This document shows, piece after piece, positions 18,270-27,963 of a stretch of 64,000 nt of DNA. Position numbers and translations under genes: made by a program. Position 1 is the first letter of the stretch. Each line of letters opens with the position of its first letter. The stretch is taken from positions 62,001 through 126,000 of the IMG/VR virus record IMGVR_UViG_3300049793_000366; one strand, written 5' to 3'. A model generated the notes under the pieces. The model saw nothing but the letters and a program-made list of their open reading frames with translations. It searched no databases and had not been told where the DNA came from.

Positions 18270-18592
18270 ACTTTTTCGTAATCACCAACTTTTATCTTGA
18301 TGCCTTCAACTTTTGCTTCTTTTGCTAAGTCTTCTCTGCTTAAAACTGAATCTGCTACTGGTTCAAATCTCCAAGCACCAAATCCTGGTTCTGAACTGTG
18401 TGACTCACCAGCTTCGTTAACCCACTTAATTGGTGCGTTTTCGATGCCTTCAAGGTAGAAACCTTTAGCACTAAAACCACGAACTTTGTAGTAACCATAA
18501 AGAACAGGCTTCTTAATATCTAAGCCAGCGTATAAATTTGTATCATTTACAAATCTTACTGTTGAACCAATTTTTATGTTTTCGATTTTCAT
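18266..18592 (-). CDS. Hypothetical protein (SH3-like start: IKIGSTVRFV)
   Basis: 108-aa ORF directly downstream of a consensus Bacteroidota promoter. Confidence 0.6.
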   Translation of the reverse strand: MKIENIKIGSTVRFVNDTNLYAGLDIKKPVLYGYYKVRGFSAKGFYLEGIENAPIKWVNEAGESHSSEPGFGAWRFEPVADSVLSREDLAKEAKVEGIKIKVGDYEKV

Positions 18593-18608
18593 AGCTTTAT
18601 TTATATGT

Positions 18609-18640
18609 CAAATATAAGGACTTTATTCCAATTATGCAAA
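18609..18640 (-). promoter_or_regulatory. Bacteroidota-type promoter
   Basis: Minus strand TTTG-N20-TATATTTG. Confidence 0.75.
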
Positions 18641-18643
18641 TTT

Positions 18644-18691
18644 TTATGCTAATTTCTTGATTTTTAACAATTTAGAGAAAAGAGCGTCCAT
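18644..18691 (-). CDS. Possible 15-aa micropeptide MDALFSKLLKIKKLA
   Basis: ATG...TAA lying between two tandem consensus promoters; amphipathic pattern. Confidence 0.25.
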   Translation of the reverse strand: MDALFSKLLKIKKLA

Positions 18692-18701
18692 AATCACTGG
18701 A

Positions 18702-18733
18702 CAAATATACGGATCAAATAGGTAAAATCCAAA
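18702..18733 (-). promoter_or_regulatory. Bacteroidota-type promoter (second, tandem)
   Basis: Minus strand TTTG-N20-TATATTTG. Confidence 0.7.
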
Positions 18734-18784
18734 TTTTCGAGACTATTTTTTTAATATATATACTACAAAATATGCCCATTTTAG

Positions 18785-20935
18785 ATGAAGTACGTAATTA
18801 ATCGCGAAGAATTTGTTAAAAAAATGAACGAAAGTGTTGATAAGACACAGTTTATCAACGAAGTTATGTCAAATGACATAGGCTGGGGTGATTCATTAGT
18901 AGGTAGAATGTTTGCTTCTATATTTAGAGTAGCTAAAATGGGAGTTGATAATAAGCGAGTAGACTTCGCTTTGGGTAGATTAAAGTCATTAGCTGAGAGT
19001 ACTATTGTTTTATCAGTAGAAGAAGCTAAGAAAGAGATAGAGACTCTTAAACAAGAGGCTGAAACAGTTGCTAAAAAAGAAGCATTTGTTGATGCTATTA
19101 AGAATAATCAAGTAGACACTGCGGTTAAAGCATTAGGTCAAGCAAAAGTTATAGAAGTTATCGCTGAATTACCAGAAGAAATACAACCAGTATTCCTTGC
19201 TATTATATCAAATAGTACAGCATTAGCTACATCAAACACATCTGCTACTGCTTCTGGTGGTACAAATAGCATTGCTTCTTCTACGGATAAACCAGAAGGT
19301 GCTGGTGTTTCAGATAAACCAGAGGTTGTTGGACAAGCGGCATCAGGTGATGAAGGAAAATTACAGAAGATTCAAAATACAATTAATTCTTTAAAGAAGA
19401 TTATTGAAGATAAGAAAGCAAAAGGAGAAGATACTGCTCAGGATGAAAATCAATTAGCAGTAGCCGAAAGAACTCATAAAGTTATATCAGAAAAATTAGC
19501 TAAGGCTAAAGCTGAGGCTGAAAAACAACCAGTAGCTTCGGCTGAACAGGGTGTTCCTGATTCTATACAAGAAGCTATTGCTATCTTAGAACATATTGTT
19601 GAGTCTTTATGTACATCTTTAAACTATCAACCAATTAATGAAGAGTTAACTGGTGGTATCAAAACTAACAGCATATTGGATGCCTTTAGAAAGCAGACCA
19701 ATAAAGAGGTTAAAGAGATGAGTAAAGAAGATGCTGAGAAAGAATTACCAAACGCTATTAAAGAGCTTGAGAAGTCAGCACAAGAAGATGTTAAGAAGAT
19801 TGCACAAGAAGCTAATGAAACTGGTAAGAAATACGAAACAGTTATTAAGTCGAATAAAAAAGTATTAACGGATCCAATTGAAGTATTGAGAATATTTAAT
19901 GACGTTAATAGAATTATGATTAAAGGTAATATACCATCTGTAAGAACTGGTGGTAAAGTTAGTGTATCAAGAGCTAATAACTGGGAGAAGTTAGATGGTA
20001 GTTCTGTTAACCCTACATCACCAGGTGGTGGTCCTTTTAGAAATATTAAATTATTCAGCAAGTGGAATGATGGTGTGTTAGCATTGATGAAAGATAAAGC
20101 ATTAGAATCATTTTTTAACAGTAAATGGATTCTTGTTGATGGTGAAGAGAAACAAGTTTCTTATACAATAACATCTTTCATTACTGATATGTTAAATGAC
20201 CAACAGGCATTTGGAAAACCAGGATATCAAAAAACATACTTAGAAAAACACTTTGGTGTTAAAGGTGTTAGTCTTGGTAATGACGCTAAGAAAACTACTG
20301 CTTCTGCTGATGCTACTGAAGAAGAAAAAGCAGAACAACAAGATGTTAAAGAATGGTCATTTGTTGAATATAATGAAAATTTAAACATATCTAATTTTGC
20401 TGATAAGAAAAGCTTTAGAGTTAAGTGTACTTATAAGATGGATGGTAAGGAAAAAGAAGGTTATGTTTACTTTGTAGGATATAACAATACACTTGAGAAC
20501 AATGAATTAATCAATAAAGATATATTCAAAGGTTCTAAATTATTCCAAGTATCACTTGATAATGATTATTATATTAGTCAGTATAAGGGTTCTTCTTATA
20601 AACCAAAAAGTAGCGTTGATGTAAATAAACAAGTTTACTCAGTTATTGTAAATGATAAGGACTTTAAGAAAGAAGGTTCATTTAATTTATATGCATTACC
20701 AGCTATGAAGAGAGACCAATTAGCTGGTGCTGATCCTTCTGCGTTAGATATAAAGAAAATAACTGCGATTGATGTTCTTTCAAAAGAAGGTAAGCCAGTT
20801 GTTATGAACGTTGGTGTTACTGATAAAGATAATCAATTAAAGAAGTCTGAAAAATGGTTCCCATATACTCAAAAGGAAACAGTACAAATAATGTACGATA
20901 AGTTTTCTAAAATGAAAGGGTTCAGAGCGGCTTAA
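18785..20935 (+). CDS. Large putative internal head protein
   Basis: Leader MKYVINREEFVKKMNES, further FINE and PINE sites, Ala/Glu/Lys-rich linkers; AATATATA at 18753-18760. Confidence 0.6.
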   Translation: MKYVINREEFVKKMNESVDKTQFINEVMSNDIGWGDSLVGRMFASIFRVAKMGVDNKRVDFALGRLKSLAESTIVLSVEEAKKEIETLKQEAETVAKKEAFVDAIKNNQVDTAVKALGQAKVIEVIAELPEEIQPVFLAIISNSTALATSNTSATASGGTNSIASSTDKPEGAGVSDKPEVVGQAASGDEGKLQKIQNTINSLKKIIEDKKAKGEDTAQDENQLAVAERTHKVISEKLAKAKAEAEKQPVASAEQGVPDSIQEAIAILEHIVESLCTSLNYQPINEELTGGIKTNSILDAFRKQTNKEVKEMSKEDAEKELPNAIKELEKSAQEDVKKIAQEANETGKKYETVIKSNKKVLTDPIEVLRIFNDVNRIMIKGNIPSVRTGGKVSVSRANNWEKLDGSSVNPTSPGGGPFRNIKLFSKWNDGVLALMKDKALESFFNSKWILVDGEEKQVSYTITSFITDMLNDQQAFGKPGYQKTYLEKHFGVKGVSLGNDAKKTTASADATEEEKAEQQDVKEWSFVEYNENLNISNFADKKSFRVKCTYKMDGKEKEGYVYFVGYNNTLENNELINKDIFKGSKLFQVSLDNDYYISQYKGSSYKPKSSVDVNKQVYSVIVNDKDFKKEGSFNLYALPAMKRDQLAGADPSALDIKKITAIDVLSKEGKPVVMNVGVTDKDNQLKKSEKWFPYTQKETVQIMYDKFSKMKGFRAA

Positions 20936-21288
20936 TTTGAGCCTGTTCCGTAGGTAAAATCAAGATAGAATAATTGACCGCTTGGTCCCTCTGATGGAAT
21001 GTAGTCAGGGTGATCCGTTATAGTTTTTTCGACATATGCCTTATCTTCTATAAGAGATTCGATTTTATTTTCTCTATTTTCTTCCTTAATTTCTCGTCTA
21101 ATGCGGTTTAATTCCTCACCATTATTACCACCACCCATTGGTTGGACTGGTACTATATTAGTGGCAATTGTTTGAGCGAATACTCTTTTTATTGTAGGAA
21201 AAACAACTGAGTTAAATGAATCAGTCGTTGATTGGGTCGCATTAAGCGAACCATCATAATCCCAGTGGTCTATTAATCTGTGTCCCAT
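20932..21288 (-). CDS. Mini-protein homologous to the N-terminal (Gol-region) segment of the major capsid protein
   Basis: VFPTIKRVFAQTIATNIVPVQPM...GPSGQLFYLDFTY aligns by eye with LLPVAMKIAAQTIGLDLVAVKPTPGPKIDLLYVDFAY in the capsid protein at 33750. Confidence 0.7.
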   Translation of the reverse strand: MGHRLIDHWDYDGSLNATQSTTDSFNSVVFPTIKRVFAQTIATNIVPVQPMGGGNNGEELNRIRREIKEENRENKIESLIEDKAYVEKTITDHPDYIPSEGPSGQLFYLDFTYGTGSN

Positions 21289-21292
21289 AAAA

Positions 21293-21320
21293 ATTATATA
21301 CGGGCTATTAATGAAAGTTT
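21293..21320 (-). promoter_or_regulatory. Candidate middle (ECF-sigma) promoter
   Basis: Minus strand AAACTT-N16-TATAAT, 5 nt before the ATG at 21288. Confidence 0.65.
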
Positions 21321-22293
21321 ATTTAATCTTGATATTGAAGTAAATCCAATAATTATGTGGTTTAACTGATACTAATATCTTTTCAGACCAATTGTATTTG
21401 GTTAACCAAGTTTTGAAGTTTTGCTTGATGTTTTCGTATTCACCTTGGTCGAGATTCATACCATCCCATTTACCAACACCATATAAACCAAATGACATAA
21501 CACCATTTGTAATTTGAATAGGGCTTCTTTCTTGATAGTTAGATGGTTTGTATTCAAGTAATTCACGCTTAACTATCATGAATAATTTTATAATTCTTAT
21601 TGTAGTATCTTTCAACTCTTTTCTAAAGCTATTTAAAGACTTGTTTGGCTTGTTTAAAATAGAAATCAATACAGAGTCAGTCATTTTAAATTGACCCATT
21701 AAAATGCGCTCTCCGTCTACTAATACACCATAATCTAAATATACTGTGTTGTTGTTAAATGAAACACCGTAAAACAAACCAGATGTCTTCTTAGCTTGTT
21801 GTATATGTTGTGCGCCTATTTGTAATGAGCGATATCTTGATAGTAAATCTGATATATCCATCTTATCACCATCACAAGACCAATAAGCATAATAATCTCT
21901 TGGACAATCTTTCCAATTAGGCTCTAATTTTGATTGTAAAGCTGTTAGAACGTAAAGAAAGCAATTAAATGTGTATTTGCCTGATATTGCTACTTTTTCT
22001 ATCTCATCCATTGTTGCTGTGTTTTCATTCACAACATCAGTAGTCGCAATAACTTCTGTGTGGTCTTGATGTCCAGATATAGTATCTTCAATTTCTTTAA
22101 TGAGTACCTTTTGGTCATAATCGCTTAATAAATTAACAGCATTTGATACTGAAATATCAGGGCTAATATTGTTTATATACTTATTTACAATCTTAACTAA
22201 ATCTTTATTACCTTCTAATTGCTTCTCAACCCACTGTCCTGTTGTGGACTCGGTTGACTCTGTAATAAAATCGCTATATTTCTTAATTCTCAT
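21319..22293 (-). CDS. Hypothetical protein with capsid-targeting-like leader
   Basis: MRIKKYSDFITES. Confidence 0.6.
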   Translation of the reverse strand: MRIKKYSDFITESTESTTGQWVEKQLEGNKDLVKIVNKYINNISPDISVSNAVNLLSDYDQKVLIKEIEDTISGHQDHTEVIATTDVVNENTATMDEIEKVAISGKYTFNCFLYVLTALQSKLEPNWKDCPRDYYAYWSCDGDKMDISDLLSRYRSLQIGAQHIQQAKKTSGLFYGVSFNNNTVYLDYGVLVDGERILMGQFKMTDSVLISILNKPNKSLNSFRKELKDTTIRIIKLFMIVKRELLEYKPSNYQERSPIQITNGVMSFGLYGVGKWDGMNLDQGEYENIKQNFKTWLTKYNWSEKILVSVKPHNYWIYFNIKIK

Positions 22294-23101
22294 TTTCAAC
22301 ATTGTTATTTAATTCACCATCATTTATCGGTGTGAATTCAGAAAACTTCTGAACTGTTGGTTGTATATTCGTTACTTCTTCTGCGCCTAATGCGCTTTCT
22401 ATATCAGTAACTTGTGCATCTTTCAAATTAAACCTTTCTTTCATCTTAGATATTAAATCTACGATATAGTTATTTGTAATTAGTGTAGTTAATCCAGACC
22501 CAGCACCAATGAGCATACCTGGTAATACTTCCATATCAATCTTATACTTATCTATTAAATTTGATAGTATTTGTATGATTGGTGTTAACAAAGTCATATA
22601 ATTAAACAAGTCCAAGAACTGATAAACTAATTTACCGATATGTTTAGAGATGATGTTAAATATAGAGCGAATAGAATTAATACATCTAACGGCTTTCTTA
22701 ACAATACCATATATCCCCTGCATTCTAAATTCTTCCAATTCTAATTGGATATCTCTAACTATTAATTCTTTTTCCTTAATTGGTATATCTGCTCTTTTGT
22801 CTTCAACGTGCGTTATTGCTACCGCGCATATCGTCATATTAACAACCATATCTGGTGTTATTGTAACAGTTGACTTCTCGTTTTTAACTAAACTATTTAT
22901 AAAGTCATATAGCGGTAGAATATCGATTGACCTAATAAAGTCGAAACTATGCTTTAAATCATTAAATGCTTTGTTGTGTAGTTCATCCCATGTTGTGGAA
23001 GAAGATTCGTGTAAATTATCAGATAATAGACCCTTTAGGAAATCTTGACAAAAGACTTCCATGTATGACTGTGAATACTCTTCGAATTTTTGAACCTTCA
23101 T
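22283..23101 (-). CDS. Hypothetical protein with capsid-targeting-like leader
   Basis: MKVQKFEEY; AATATATA at 23107-23114 on the minus strand. Confidence 0.6.
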   Translation of the reverse strand: MKVQKFEEYSQSYMEVFCQDFLKGLLSDNLHESSSTTWDELHNKAFNDLKHSFDFIRSIDILPLYDFINSLVKNEKSTVTITPDMVVNMTICAVAITHVEDKRADIPIKEKELIVRDIQLELEEFRMQGIYGIVKKAVRCINSIRSIFNIISKHIGKLVYQFLDLFNYMTLLTPIIQILSNLIDKYKIDMEVLPGMLIGAGSGLTTLITNNYIVDLISKMKERFNLKDAQVTDIESALGAEEVTNIQPTVQKFSEFTPINDGELNNNVENEN

Positions 23102-23129
23102 GTTCCTATATATTAAATGTCAAAATTAA

Positions 23130-23507
23130 TTAGCCGAAATAAGAATAGACTTCATAATCTTTTATCTTGAAGTCAATAAACATCATATCTTGATATCTTT
23201 CCGGATCTGCGACAAATCTAACATCTAATACATAGTTGATTCCTGCAATTTCTGTGATGTAGCTTTCTATCTGACTTATTATTTCAGATTTTATAAAGTC
23301 AGATGAAACTCTTGTTTCGTGTAAATATTTATATAAATCGGCACCAAACTCTGGATCCCCAAGTAATTCGCCTTTTGAAGTGAATAATATCATTTCATAT
23401 TTTTGAATAATTACTTCTATGACTTCATCTTCGATGATTTCATTTGGGTTATACCTATGATGACCTTCGTATAGAATATAGAAGTCTGTGAAATTGAAAT
23501 TAGCCAT
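23130..23507 (-). CDS. gp25: Baseplate wedge protein, gp25/GPW-like
   Basis: ILFTSKGELLGDPEFGADLYKYLHE pattern. Confidence 0.8.
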   Translation of the reverse strand: MANFNFTDFYILYEGHHRYNPNEIIEDEVIEVIIQKYEMILFTSKGELLGDPEFGADLYKYLHETRVSSDFIKSEIISQIESYITEIAGINYVLDVRFVADPERYQDMMFIDFKIKDYEVYSYFG

Positions 23508-23537
23508 AGATTATATATAAAAAAAGAATTATTACCA

Positions 23538-23792
23538 ATGTGGTTTGTTTACTTAGTTGAATGTTCGGATGGTACGTTGTATTGTGGTATATCAAATGAT
23601 GTTGATAAGCGCATAGATAAGCATAATACCAAAAAGGGTGCTAAATACACATCAACGAGAACACCTGTAAGACTTGTATATAAAGAAAAAGCAGATGATA
23701 GGTCATCTGCTTCAAAAAGGGAATATGTTATAAAGAAATTAAGTAGAGATAAAAAACTATTATTGATTAAGAGCTTTAACCTCGCCGAATAA
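23538..23792 (+). CDS. Small GIY-YIG nuclease (YhbQ-like)
   Basis: FVYLVECSDGTLYCGISNDVDKRIDKHN...GAKYT...REYVIK. Confidence 0.9.
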   Translation: MWFVYLVECSDGTLYCGISNDVDKRIDKHNTKKGAKYTSTRTPVRLVYKEKADDRSSASKREYVIKKLSRDKKLLLIKSFNLAE

Positions 23793-24704
23793 TGATAATC
23801 CTACGATTATTGGATCTGTGCCTGAGTTTTCTAAAAATGTTGTATGCTCAGTTACTAACCTCGATACTTTGAATATCTTATCTACGAAAGGTTTCTTGTT
23901 TTCAAAAATCCACTGTATGAATGGCTTACCCATTAATCTAATCATTTCGTCTATCTTATCTGCTCCGAAATTTGTCATCAAGAAGTGATAAACTTGTTCA
24001 GGTGTATCATTTGAGAAAACCATATCATATAACTGCATTCTTAACTTTAAGTCTATGTTAGAACCAGTTGATGATAACTCACCAGTTTCTTTAAAGTTTT
24101 GTAACTGAACAAGTATAGCGCGAAAATCAGGAAAGTATTTGTTTATCAGTTTAACTAAGTCATCCTTACTTATTGTTATATCTTCCGCTGGACAAATTAC
24201 TTCCATGATGCGTTTATACATCTGTGTTTTAAGAAACTTCTCTTCTTCAAGACTTTGTGCATTGAAATCAATGATTAGAAATCGAGAATGTAGTGGGTCT
24301 ATTATCTTACTCAGATTATTAGTGGTAGCAATGAACCTAACTGTTGTGTGCTTTTCGATGAAGCCCTTGAAAGCTTCTTGAAATTGCCGAGATGCACCCT
24401 CAAACTCGTCTAAAAATACAACCTTTGTATCATCAGCGGAATCAAACATTGACATAGTAGAACAGAATTCTTCTATCTTTGAACGTAACGTATCAATAGA
24501 TGTCTCCATCGATGTATTGATTGATAGACAAGGCTTACCGTTTGATAATATCTTAGATAATGTTGTTTTACCAATACCAGAAGTTCCGTATAGTATAATG
24601 TTTTTACTTAGTCCATTTTCGATAGACTTTCGTATTCTTGGTAGAAGGATTATATCGTCCAATGTAGACGGACGCCATTTTTCCCAAAATAGTTTATTTT
24701 TCAT
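23760..24704 (-). CDS. gp44: Sliding-clamp loader AAA+ subunit (gp44/RFC-small-like)
   Basis: WEKWRP, GTSGIGKTT, VVFLDEFE, FIATTN, LHSRF, FPDFR motifs. Confidence 0.9.
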   Translation of the reverse strand: MKNKLFWEKWRPSTLDDIILLPRIRKSIENGLSKNIILYGTSGIGKTTLSKILSNGKPCLSINTSMETSIDTLRSKIEEFCSTMSMFDSADDTKVVFLDEFEGASRQFQEAFKGFIEKHTTVRFIATTNNLSKIIDPLHSRFLIIDFNAQSLEEEKFLKTQMYKRIMEVICPAEDITISKDDLVKLINKYFPDFRAILVQLQNFKETGELSSTGSNIDLKLRMQLYDMVFSNDTPEQVYHFLMTNFGADKIDEMIRLMGKPFIQWIFENKKPFVDKIFKVSRLVTEHTTFLENSGTDPIIVGLSLFGEVKALNQ

Positions 24705-24709
24705 ATGTT

Positions 24710-24737
24710 ATTGTATTTAAAAATGAAGCAATGGTTT
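24710..24737 (-). promoter_or_regulatory. Candidate middle promoter for the clamp loader
   Basis: Minus strand AAACCA-N16-TACAAT. Confidence 0.45.
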
Positions 24738-24781
24738 TAGAATATATAATGGTATTATTTAAAATAAACAAAGTTTATAAA

Positions 24782-26098
24782 ATGAAGTTACCAACTAACC
24801 CAGACCATCGATTTAATTATGATGATGTATTTTTCAGAGACTTAACAGCTTGTTTACTCGATACTATTGATGGTCAATTAACATGGGTTAATAGATTTTC
24901 ATCTGGTGACGTACAGGTTAGAGTTCCAATTTTTTATTCAATGACTGGTGATGAGAGTTTTCTATTAGATTCATTCTCAGATGATATAGTATCAAATTCA
25001 AGATATGTTGAGGTAAATACTTCAATGATTCCTAGAGGGCATATGACATTAACATCATATTCTATTAAAGGTGATGAATTTGCTAATCCAAATGTATGGT
25101 TGAAATGGGTTAGAGAAGATAATGATGAGATTCGTAAAATATTAACTAAAGTAAGAGCTGTTCCGTTATCCGTTAAGTTTGACTTACAGATTATGGTTAA
25201 AAGTGAAATAGACGCATTTAAATGTCAGGAAGCTATTATAAATATGTTCTGGTTATATAAGTATATGTTTTTTGAACATAACTTTATGAATATTGATGCA
25301 GTATTTGTTGTACCAGATGACTCCAACGTTGAAATACAAAGAGAACAGAATTTAGCAGCAGAGAATGTTATTAAATTAACTACCTCATTTGAAGTACATA
25401 CTTACTATCCAGCGGTTAGACCACAGAACTATGATTATAAGAAAGGTAGAATTGGTGGTGCTGGTCAAGATGGTATTGTGAGTGATGATGCTACGAATAT
25501 GCCGGGATTATTTGGTGGTGATATGATGATTCCAAAAAGAGTTAAATGGAGAACACATACAAATAGGGTTGCTGGTTATGGTGAAGTTGAAGCCGCATAT
25601 TTAGAAAATACATTTGCAATCGATAAAAATAGTGAAGTAATAGCTATTATTGAAAATATTAATAATAATACATTTGAAGTTGCGAGAACATATAAATTAA
25701 AAGATACTCTATCAATTACTGAATTGTTGAGACCAGCTAATCAATATGAGATAGATAACTTCGTTTTATCTTTTAATAGTAACTTTAGCCCACTAAACGT
25801 TACATATACGAGTGTTTCACCCACACTTAAGGGTCTAACGTTATCTGTGACACATTACCCTGCTGGTGCGACTATATCACAACCGATTGATTATTTAACT
25901 ACATTGAGTTCTACTGTTTCATTTTGGAGCATATCATCATATAGTATTTTAGACTATTATAATCAATCACTCGGAATCACTGTTTCCAATGCTAATTTAC
26001 GAATATCCAACGATGATTCAAGTTACACGGATTATATTGGAGGAAATAATATATACAATCAACAGTTTTTAATTCAGTATGGCATTAACAAGGTGTAA
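24782..26098 (+). CDS. Tail completion/sheath stabilizer (gp15-like) with C-terminal extension
   Basis: N-terminal half resembles gp15-like proteins (VRVPIFYS, IPRGHMTL..Y, AVPLSV.FDLQI); AATATATA at 24741-24748. Confidence 0.6.
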   Translation: MKLPTNPDHRFNYDDVFFRDLTACLLDTIDGQLTWVNRFSSGDVQVRVPIFYSMTGDESFLLDSFSDDIVSNSRYVEVNTSMIPRGHMTLTSYSIKGDEFANPNVWLKWVREDNDEIRKILTKVRAVPLSVKFDLQIMVKSEIDAFKCQEAIINMFWLYKYMFFEHNFMNIDAVFVVPDDSNVEIQREQNLAAENVIKLTTSFEVHTYYPAVRPQNYDYKKGRIGGAGQDGIVSDDATNMPGLFGGDMMIPKRVKWRTHTNRVAGYGEVEAAYLENTFAIDKNSEVIAIIENINNNTFEVARTYKLKDTLSITELLRPANQYEIDNFVLSFNSNFSPLNVTYTSVSPTLKGLTLSVTHYPAGATISQPIDYLTTLSSTVSFWSISSYSILDYYNQSLGITVSNANLRISNDDSSYTDYIGGNNIYNQQFLIQYGINKV

Positions 26099-26163
26099 TA
26101 AAGGGGAAAAAACGAGTTTTAAAATAAATATATATAGTAATATATAAAAAAAATATCTTAGAT

Positions 26164-27456
26164 ATGAACAAACCATTGGATTTAAAATTAGAGCTTTTCA
26201 ACTTTAAGAAGAAACTTAACTTGGATCAAGAAGAGGTTTTTCAAATTGTAGAAGGACATATGACTGCTCTTAATACTTTTTCTGAAAAGCAAGTAATAGA
26301 GTCGTTAAACGAAAGATTGAAGATTTACACTTACGACAAAGATGTTAAGTCTTTATTAGAGAACATGAATCTTTGCCTTGAAACATACAAACTTTTGTAC
26401 GAACTTAAACACTTATATAAAGTAATTGAATCAAAAAACTTAGGTATGATTTATCGTCAGCCACTTAAAGTTCTTTTTGACATCATTAATGTTGAAGCGG
26501 AAGAAGATAGAATGTCTAAGATTCTTAACGAATTAGCAGTATATGACTATGTTCCAGAGATTAAATTGTTTGTTCATAATTTAACTAAGTCTCCTGAACA
26601 AAAGCAAAACTTATTATCAGGTGGTAGAGCTGAATCAGTATTTACTATCGTTGAACAAGTTGAAGACGGTCACCTTGCTTATGTAAGAGATTCTTGGTTC
26701 TTATTGAACGAAGAAACTATCGAAAAAACTTTACTTGAAACACACGTAAAGGATGAGACTAAATTACGTACTCTAAGATTATTAGAAACAGCTATGAAAT
26801 ATGCTTCTATTGATGACAATAGAATTAACTTCAGAATTTCTGAAAACTTAGTAGTTGGTATGTCAGTTGACAAAAAAGGTACAATGTTCATCAATGAAGA
26901 TGAATTAAATGAAGAGACTACTCTTGAGAGTTTATTTGCTTCACCAATTGTTCCGATTGTTAATAAGAACTTCTACCCATTATTAATCGAAACTTCAAAG
27001 AATCTTGATAAGTTTGTTGAATTAGACGTTGTTAAACGTGTATCTAACTTAATCAATCCTTACTTAGAGGCTTTCACATTCAATTACAAAGAAAGCGTAT
27101 TTATGTATCGTTGTGATGAAAGATATGGTAATTCATTCTACCGTTATGATTCAGCTCTTGAGCTTGTAACAGAAGTTAGAAACGAATTAAACTTCGACCT
27201 TACTTATTTCTTCGAAAACAAAATCGGTAAAGAAATTATCGTTAAGCGTCAATTAGAAGATAAAGAAAGAGAAATCACTCTTCAATTAGAAGACGTTGAT
27301 TCAAACATCGATAAAGTAAAATTCACTCTATCTGATATGAATGATTCTGAAACTTTAACTAAAGCATTACATATGCTTGAAGAAAGAAAGAAGTCTTTAA
27401 ACACTGAATTAGAATCAATTAAAGAACAACAATTAACAGAAGTTACTAGAAAATAA
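26164..27456 (+). CDS. Late protein, possibly prohead core component
   Basis: Two AATATATA motifs (26127, 26139), several I/L-N-E sites (SLNE, FINE, ELNE), C-terminal coiled coil; lies just before the head cluster. Confidence 0.45.
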   Translation: MNKPLDLKLELFNFKKKLNLDQEEVFQIVEGHMTALNTFSEKQVIESLNERLKIYTYDKDVKSLLENMNLCLETYKLLYELKHLYKVIESKNLGMIYRQPLKVLFDIINVEAEEDRMSKILNELAVYDYVPEIKLFVHNLTKSPEQKQNLLSGGRAESVFTIVEQVEDGHLAYVRDSWFLLNEETIEKTLLETHVKDETKLRTLRLLETAMKYASIDDNRINFRISENLVVGMSVDKKGTMFINEDELNEETTLESLFASPIVPIVNKNFYPLLIETSKNLDKFVELDVVKRVSNLINPYLEAFTFNYKESVFMYRCDERYGNSFYRYDSALELVTEVRNELNFDLTYFFENKIGKEIIVKRQLEDKEREITLQLEDVDSNIDKVKFTLSDMNDSETLTKALHMLEERKKSLNTELESIKEQQLTEVTRK

Positions 27457-27476
27457 TCAATTTCTTGAGATAAATT

Positions 27477-27506
27477 AAAAAAGAGAGCTAAAAACTCTCT
27501 TTTTTT
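27477..27506 (+). terminator. Intrinsic terminator
   Basis: AAAAAAGAGAG-N6-CTCTCTTTTTTT. Confidence 0.7.
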
Positions 27507-27528
27507 GTGCCTTTTACAAACCTTTTCT

Positions 27529-27556
27529 AAACTTATCATGATGAGTATTGTATAAT
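27529..27556 (+). promoter_or_regulatory. Candidate middle (ECF-sigma) promoter of the late sigma gene
   Basis: AAACTT-N16-TATAAT. Confidence 0.65.
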
Positions 27557-27596
27557 TTTAAACTATCCAATTGGATCTAAAAACTAATGACTATGA

Positions 27597-27962
27597 ATGT
27601 ATTTAAATAATCGAGATTTATTTGTTGAAATCGTTGTGTCTAAAGCACAGGGCAAATTAACACCAAAGGCAAAAGTAATGCTTGAACTTCTTGCAAAGAA
27701 GACTATTAAAAAAATGCGTTACTATAACAACGACGATAGAATGGATTGTTATCAATCAGGTCTTCTTGATATGTTTTCAAACTGGCATAACTTCAATGAA
27801 GAGAAATCAACAAATGCTTTCGCTTATTATACAGAAATCTTCAAAAGAGGATTAGCAAAGGGATATAATGAATTGTATAAGAAAAAAGGCGATGCCGAAC
27901 ATTTAATTAAACTAGTATCATTGGATAGCTCTAATGATGGACAAGGATTACACTCAATATAA
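27597..27962 (+). CDS. gp55: Late-transcription sigma factor, gp55-like
   Basis: YLNNRDL start, DRMDCYQSG, KSTNAFAYYTEIFKR (equivalent to the NPFAYFTQ motif of gp55-like proteins). Confidence 0.8.
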   Translation: MYLNNRDLFVEIVVSKAQGKLTPKAKVMLELLAKKTIKKMRYYNNDDRMDCYQSGLLDMFSNWHNFNEEKSTNAFAYYTEIFKRGLAKGYNELYKKKGDAEHLIKLVSLDSSNDGQGLHSI

Positions 27963-27963
27963 C

